Assembly: GCA_965223295.1 (NCBI GenBank)
Contig: CBDCWC010000003.1
Span: 384,001-448,000 of the forward strand
Source: Nitrospirales bacterium
GTDB taxonomy: Bacteria > Nitrospirota > Nitrospiria > Nitrospirales > UBA8639
DNA length: 64,000 nt
Direction of reading: 5' to 3'
Numbering within the stretch: the stretch's first letter is position 1; each line of letters starts with the position of its first letter. The position numbers were made by a program, and so were the translations under genes. The notes under the pieces were generated by a model that worked only from the letters and a program-made list of their open reading frames with translations, did no database searches and was not told the origin of the DNA. Below are positions 59,982-64,000 of this stretch, piece after piece.

Positions 59982-61082
59982 ATGTTCACAGTCATGTCTT
60001 CAGTTTTATCGCAAGCAATAACTTATACCATCCTTGTTCTAGGGTTCGGGTTGGGGATTGGAATATCCATCCCTTTTTCGGTAGCGGCCTCTTCTGTCAT
60101 AAACACTCCCGCTGTTCCACTTCAAAAGATTCAACAGGTTCGTGTTGAGACGCTTGCACTCACTGAAAGAGGGTTGCAAGACTCTTCTAGCTTGCACCAG
60201 GTCGTGGGCAAACGTTTAACTCAAGCCGGTTTTACTCCAGTCCATGACGCAAATACTCCTTCAGATGTTGTCGTACGAGTAAAATGCGAAGAACGAAAAA
60301 CGCAGACGGGTCCCAGTCGAAACCGAAAGAGGGGACATGCCTTGTCAACGGCTTCTCGCCTTTGGAAAGGGCCTGCCTGCCGTGTTTCCTATCGATATCA
60401 GGGAAAACCCTCCCGTTGGAGTAGAGAAATACAAGCCCCGTTTGAAGACCCTCTACAGGCAGCCAAGGCTGCTGATGCGTCCAATGCAGGTCAGTATGCC
60501 TTACATGCGTTACAGACCCAACTTGCTCAAGATGAATTTCCCCTGTATCTGGCAGCGGATTGGGGACAAGCCGATCGTCTAATCCAGGTGTTTCAGCAAG
60601 CAGCAGATCAACCGGACCGACGCCGTCTCATTCTTGAATTACTCGGCCCTCTCAGTTCCCCAGCTGCTCTGGCAACCATCAAAGAAGCCTTAACAAACCC
60701 TGAACTGGCCTTGGCCGCAATTGCAGCGCTTGGAGACCAGGGTGAAATAGCCATTTCTTCGTTGATCAATATTTTGAACTCGTCTGAACGCCCTGAACAC
60801 AAACTCGCAGCCCTCAAGTCATTAGGGGAAATTGCCACTCACAGCTCACCTCCCACTCTTTATGATGTGTTTGTCAAACAATTGAAATCCCAAGATCCTC
60901 GCATGCAAGCTATCGCGGTTCGAGGATTGGGACGCTTAGGGGATCTACGAGCGGTCACGCCAATAGAAGCCCTCAATATTCAGGCCTGGTCCAACCCTTC
61001 CACTCATGCCGACATGCAAGCGTTACGGGAAGCCTTAAATTGGAGTCTCTATCAGTTGGACGCCTCTTCTTCATCCCACTGA
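59982..61082 (+). CDS. HEAT-repeat exported protein
   Basis: Signal/TM; repeated AxxxLGxxG helices (AAIAALGDQG, AALKSLGEI, AVRGLGRLGD). Confidence 0.8.
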   Translation: MFTVMSSVLSQAITYTILVLGFGLGIGISIPFSVAASSVINTPAVPLQKIQQVRVETLALTERGLQDSSSLHQVVGKRLTQAGFTPVHDANTPSDVVVRVKCEERKTQTGPSRNRKRGHALSTASRLWKGPACRVSYRYQGKPSRWSREIQAPFEDPLQAAKAADASNAGQYALHALQTQLAQDEFPLYLAADWGQADRLIQVFQQAADQPDRRRLILELLGPLSSPAALATIKEALTNPELALAAIAALGDQGEIAISSLINILNSSERPEHKLAALKSLGEIATHSSPPTLYDVFVKQLKSQDPRMQAIAVRGLGRLGDLRAVTPIEALNIQAWSNPSTHADMQALREALNWSLYQLDASSSSH

Positions 61083-61158
61083 TATGGAACCCAGGGACTG
61101 AGTCCCGAAAGGGACCACACCTCTGCATGCTAAGCAAATATCTCTGTTATTACTTTCG

Positions 61159-61348
61159 GAGACTGTTGAATAATGATGATAGCAACGGCCAAATTTCGTC
61201 TCTACGACGTCACATGTCAGAGGCATCGGGGCTGTTCAAAAAGTTCGTCCAGCAAGGCCACAGCCATGTTTGCGCGCGGAGCGTCCTGGCAGTACGTGAG
61301 CACGGAACAATGGCGAGAATGCCGCTGGCGGATTTTTTCAACAGACCC
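61159..61348 (+). mobile_element. ~190-bp MITE (TSD tttcg/tttca)
   Basis: gagactgttgaataa...tttttcaacagaccc. Confidence 0.88.
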
Positions 61349-61458
61349 TTTCAGGGCACTAGCAGGCATTCCCAGCTTTACTTTTATCATACGCCCGACA
61401 TAGGCTTTTCCTATCGAATTCTTGGGAGGTAGTCTCAACAAGGAACCAACAAAGACCG

Positions 61459-63159
61459 ATGAAACCCACATCACATCGACAAGCCCCAAAACTTTCAGGA
61501 ACATCCGAGGCTCAGAACCTTTCTGCTGAAGCCCATCGTCTTTTCCAAGAAGCTGTCGGCCACCATCAATCTAAACGTCTTCAACAGGCTAAAGCCGGCT
61601 ATGACTACATTCTGGAGCAATTTCCTCATCATGCAGATTCCTTACACCTTCGAGGACTCGTGGCGTATCAACAGGGGCAATATGGGCTTGCACTGCAACT
61701 TATTCACCAGGCTACTTCTCTTGATAAGACCAAACCTCATTACTGGTTTAACTACGCTTTAGTGTTGGAAAAGGAAGAGCGTTGGGAAGAAGCTATCTCC
61801 AGCTATCAAGAAGCCATCCGACTCAAACCTCACTATGTCGAAGCGCTGAATAATGTTGGGAATATCTATCGACAACGGCGGCAATGGGACAGCGCCATTT
61901 CCGCCTATGAAGAGGCCAGGAGACTCAAACCACAATCTGCGGATCTGTTGAATAATTTAGGAGTTGTGTATAAGGAAAAAGGTGACCTCGTTCAAGCTCT
62001 GGCACATTACCAACAGGCCACACATTTCTCTCCTCAACATGCACACGCGCATCATAATACGGGAGTGGTGCTGAAGGACCAAGGGAAACTGAAAGAAGCT
62101 GCGACCGCCTTCAAGCAGGCGTTAACTCTCAACCCTAATTATGCCAACGCCCATTATCACTTAGGGTTAATCTTGCTCTGGCAACAACATACTGCGGAGG
62201 CTCTCGTCTGTTTCCAACATTCGGCAAACCTCACTTATAACCACGGGAAAGGGGTGGCTCCGCCATTTGTGACCAAAGCTCGGCTTAAACATGATGCAGA
62301 ACAACTCGACTACCTTGCAGCTCATCACCTTTCAATAACATTTCCATCAGAATATCAGAATGCCTTGAAAAGCATTGCTGCACGCCGCAATCAAGAAGCC
62401 TCCAACTCCATCTTTGTTCAGCTCACACCAGATGAGCAAAGAACTCTGGCCCCGTCGTTTCATCAATTGTTGTATGTCCGCCAGACTGAAGTTCTTCCTG
62501 GCTCAGCCGTCAATCCTAATCTCGATATCGCCAAAATTGAAGCGCAATATTTCTCTACACAGCCCGAAGCCATGTTTGTAGACAACCTCCTTACCCAAGA
62601 AGCGTTAACCGCATTGCGGGCTTTCTGTTTGGAATCCACCATATGGAAACGCGATTATCAAAATGGTTATATCGGGACCTTTTTGGCCAATGGGTTCGCT
62701 TGCCCGCTTCTCCTCCAAATTGCGGAAGAGTTACGCAGCCGATTTCCCCGCATTTTTCGACACCACCAACTGGTCCAAGCCTGGGCCTTCAAACACGATA
62801 GTGCTTTACGCGGTCTCAACATGCATGCCGATGCTGCCGCCGTCAATGTCAACTTCTGGATTACTCCGGATGAAGCCAACCGGAATATGGAGTCAGGAGG
62901 GCTGGTCGTATGGGATAAGGAAGCCCCAAATGATTGGGACTTTACCGAATATAATGACGATAAGAACAAACACAAAATTCAGGAATTTCTCGAACAAAGT
63001 CATGCCAAACCTATCACCATTCCTCATCGTCAAAACCGCGCAGTCATCTTTAATTCCAATCTCTTTCACGAAACTGATGTCATCGACTTTCATGATAACT
63101 ATGAAAGTCGCCGCATCAACGTCACTCTCCTCTACGGTCACCGCCAAAAGTCCCACTAG
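61459..63159 (+). CDS. TPR protein with C-terminal 2OG-Fe(II) oxygenase-like domain
   Basis: About 7 TPRs; NMHAD (HxD), GGLVVW, NRAVIFNSNLFHET (distal His), RRIN. Confidence 0.8.
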   Translation: MKPTSHRQAPKLSGTSEAQNLSAEAHRLFQEAVGHHQSKRLQQAKAGYDYILEQFPHHADSLHLRGLVAYQQGQYGLALQLIHQATSLDKTKPHYWFNYALVLEKEERWEEAISSYQEAIRLKPHYVEALNNVGNIYRQRRQWDSAISAYEEARRLKPQSADLLNNLGVVYKEKGDLVQALAHYQQATHFSPQHAHAHHNTGVVLKDQGKLKEAATAFKQALTLNPNYANAHYHLGLILLWQQHTAEALVCFQHSANLTYNHGKGVAPPFVTKARLKHDAEQLDYLAAHHLSITFPSEYQNALKSIAARRNQEASNSIFVQLTPDEQRTLAPSFHQLLYVRQTEVLPGSAVNPNLDIAKIEAQYFSTQPEAMFVDNLLTQEALTALRAFCLESTIWKRDYQNGYIGTFLANGFACPLLLQIAEELRSRFPRIFRHHQLVQAWAFKHDSALRGLNMHADAAAVNVNFWITPDEANRNMESGGLVVWDKEAPNDWDFTEYNDDKNKHKIQEFLEQSHAKPITIPHRQNRAVIFNSNLFHETDVIDFHDNYESRRINVTLLYGHRQKSH

Positions 63160-63260
63160 TCTGAATTTTTCAATGGACACGATTCCTACAACACTGTTGT
63201 CTACGGGGTGAAAGAGAACGAAGCAGACACGAATTCAACTGACCCCAAATCCGAGATAAT

Positions 63261-63450
63261 GGGGCTGTTAAAAAAGCTGCCAGCAGCGTTCTCGGCATTT
63301 TTCCGTGCTCACGTCATGCCAGGACGCTCCGCGCGCAAAAATGGCTGCGGCGTTGCTGGACAGTCTTTTTTGAACCGCCCCGAACCTTTTGATGACCCTC
63401 GGCTTCTTGGCGGAACATGACTCTTGATATCATCATTATTCAACACTCCC
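63261..63450 (-). mobile_element. ~190-bp MITE, TSD ATAAT
   Basis: ggggctgttaaaaaa...ttattcaacactccc flanked by ataat on both sides. Confidence 0.88.
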
Positions 63451-63548
63451 ATAATAAAAGGAATACTTATGTGTAGAAACTTAGATTTCATCTCTCTGAC
63501 AATTTTCGATGAAGCCTAAGACAGGAGCCATAGGAATTTGGGGAGCCA

Positions 63549-63626
63549 TGTCATTCCCGCGAAGGCGGGAATCCAGGCTTACGGCAATAGAGGACTGGAT
63601 GCCCGCTTCGTACTGCGGGCATGACA
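63549..63626. repeat. REP doublet (GTCATTCCCGCGAAGGCGGGAATCCA type)
   Basis: tgtcattcccgcgaaggcgggaatccag ... ctggatgcccgcttcgtactgcgggcatgaca inverted pair. Confidence 0.8.
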
Positions 63627-63702
63627 AGAGAAAAACTCTTTAACATGTCAGAGAGCAATGAATCTGACATTGTCTGTCAACTGAAGTGCAAGTTTTTACA
63701 GC

Positions 63703-63999
63703 TTATGGATCAGAGAGACACGCGAGTCTTGCTTCGTCGAATAACTGTTCAAAGAGTTTCCTTCCTTGAAGGTATTGGTCTTCCGCGTCTATCACCTTTT
63801 TTGTCCGTTCCGGCGCTTTCCACGTGGCCTCACTGCAGCGGGTAGCTTTCTCCACGCTGAAGATCCCGCCTCCCGTACAAATCGTTAATTCCCCATAAGC
63901 CTCACGTTCACGGGCCCGAGCTAATTCTATCGTGCGTTGATACGGTATCAGCGCTTCTCGGGCCTTATGAACCCCTTCAAGTGCAGCTCCACAGGAAGA
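63703..63999 (-). CDS. Hypothetical protein, 5'-partial (starts beyond window)
   Basis: 99-codon open frame ending ...EARLACLSDP*. Confidence 0.6.
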   Translation of the reverse strand, partial: SSCGAALEGVHKAREALIPYQRTIELARAREREAYGELTICTGGGIFSVEKATRCSEATWKAPERTKKVIDAEDQYLQGRKLFEQLFDEARLACLSDP

Positions 64000-64000
64000 C

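Overview
A 64-kb chromosomal window from a nitrite-oxidizing bacterium of the Nitrospirota; the lineage is inferred from Nitrospira-type periplasmic nxrAB at 18.5-23.4 kb. About half is housekeeping DNA (xerD, trpS, gap-pgk-tpiA-secG, ilvE, rplU-rpmA-obgE-proB-nadD-rsfS-bioB, pyrD, comF, mraZ). Accessory segments interrupt it. (1) Best candidate for a new system, 3.4-8.2 kb: a probable RiPP locus with a predicted sigma54 promoter. A 176-aa precursor-like protein has four DPAPW-anchored Pro/Gly/Trp repeats between coiled-coil ends and is followed by two cobalamin-dependent radical SAM enzymes. The locus is bracketed by a 49-bp direct repeat and lies next to a C25-peptidase/ACP/KS/KS-like cassette. 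(2) 27.6-30.2 kb: a Com-like zinc finger, a PEP-CTERM-anchored cohesin-like protein and a dockerin-PKD protein, a possible cohesin-dockerin surface display module. (3) A ~190-bp MITE in 7-8 copies with 5-bp target-site duplications. (4) A Y1/RAYT-like transposase with REPIN-like palindromes just upstream of nxrA. (5) Two toxin-antitoxin clusters, one beside a duplicated xerD 3' end and one beside a tRNA 3' fragment with an IHF site. Several frameshifts (bioB, ABC permease, dockerin-PKD gene) may be sequencing errors rather than real pseudogenes. I saw no complete rRNA, tRNA or CRISPR array. All family assignments come from motif recognition by eye; no database search was run.
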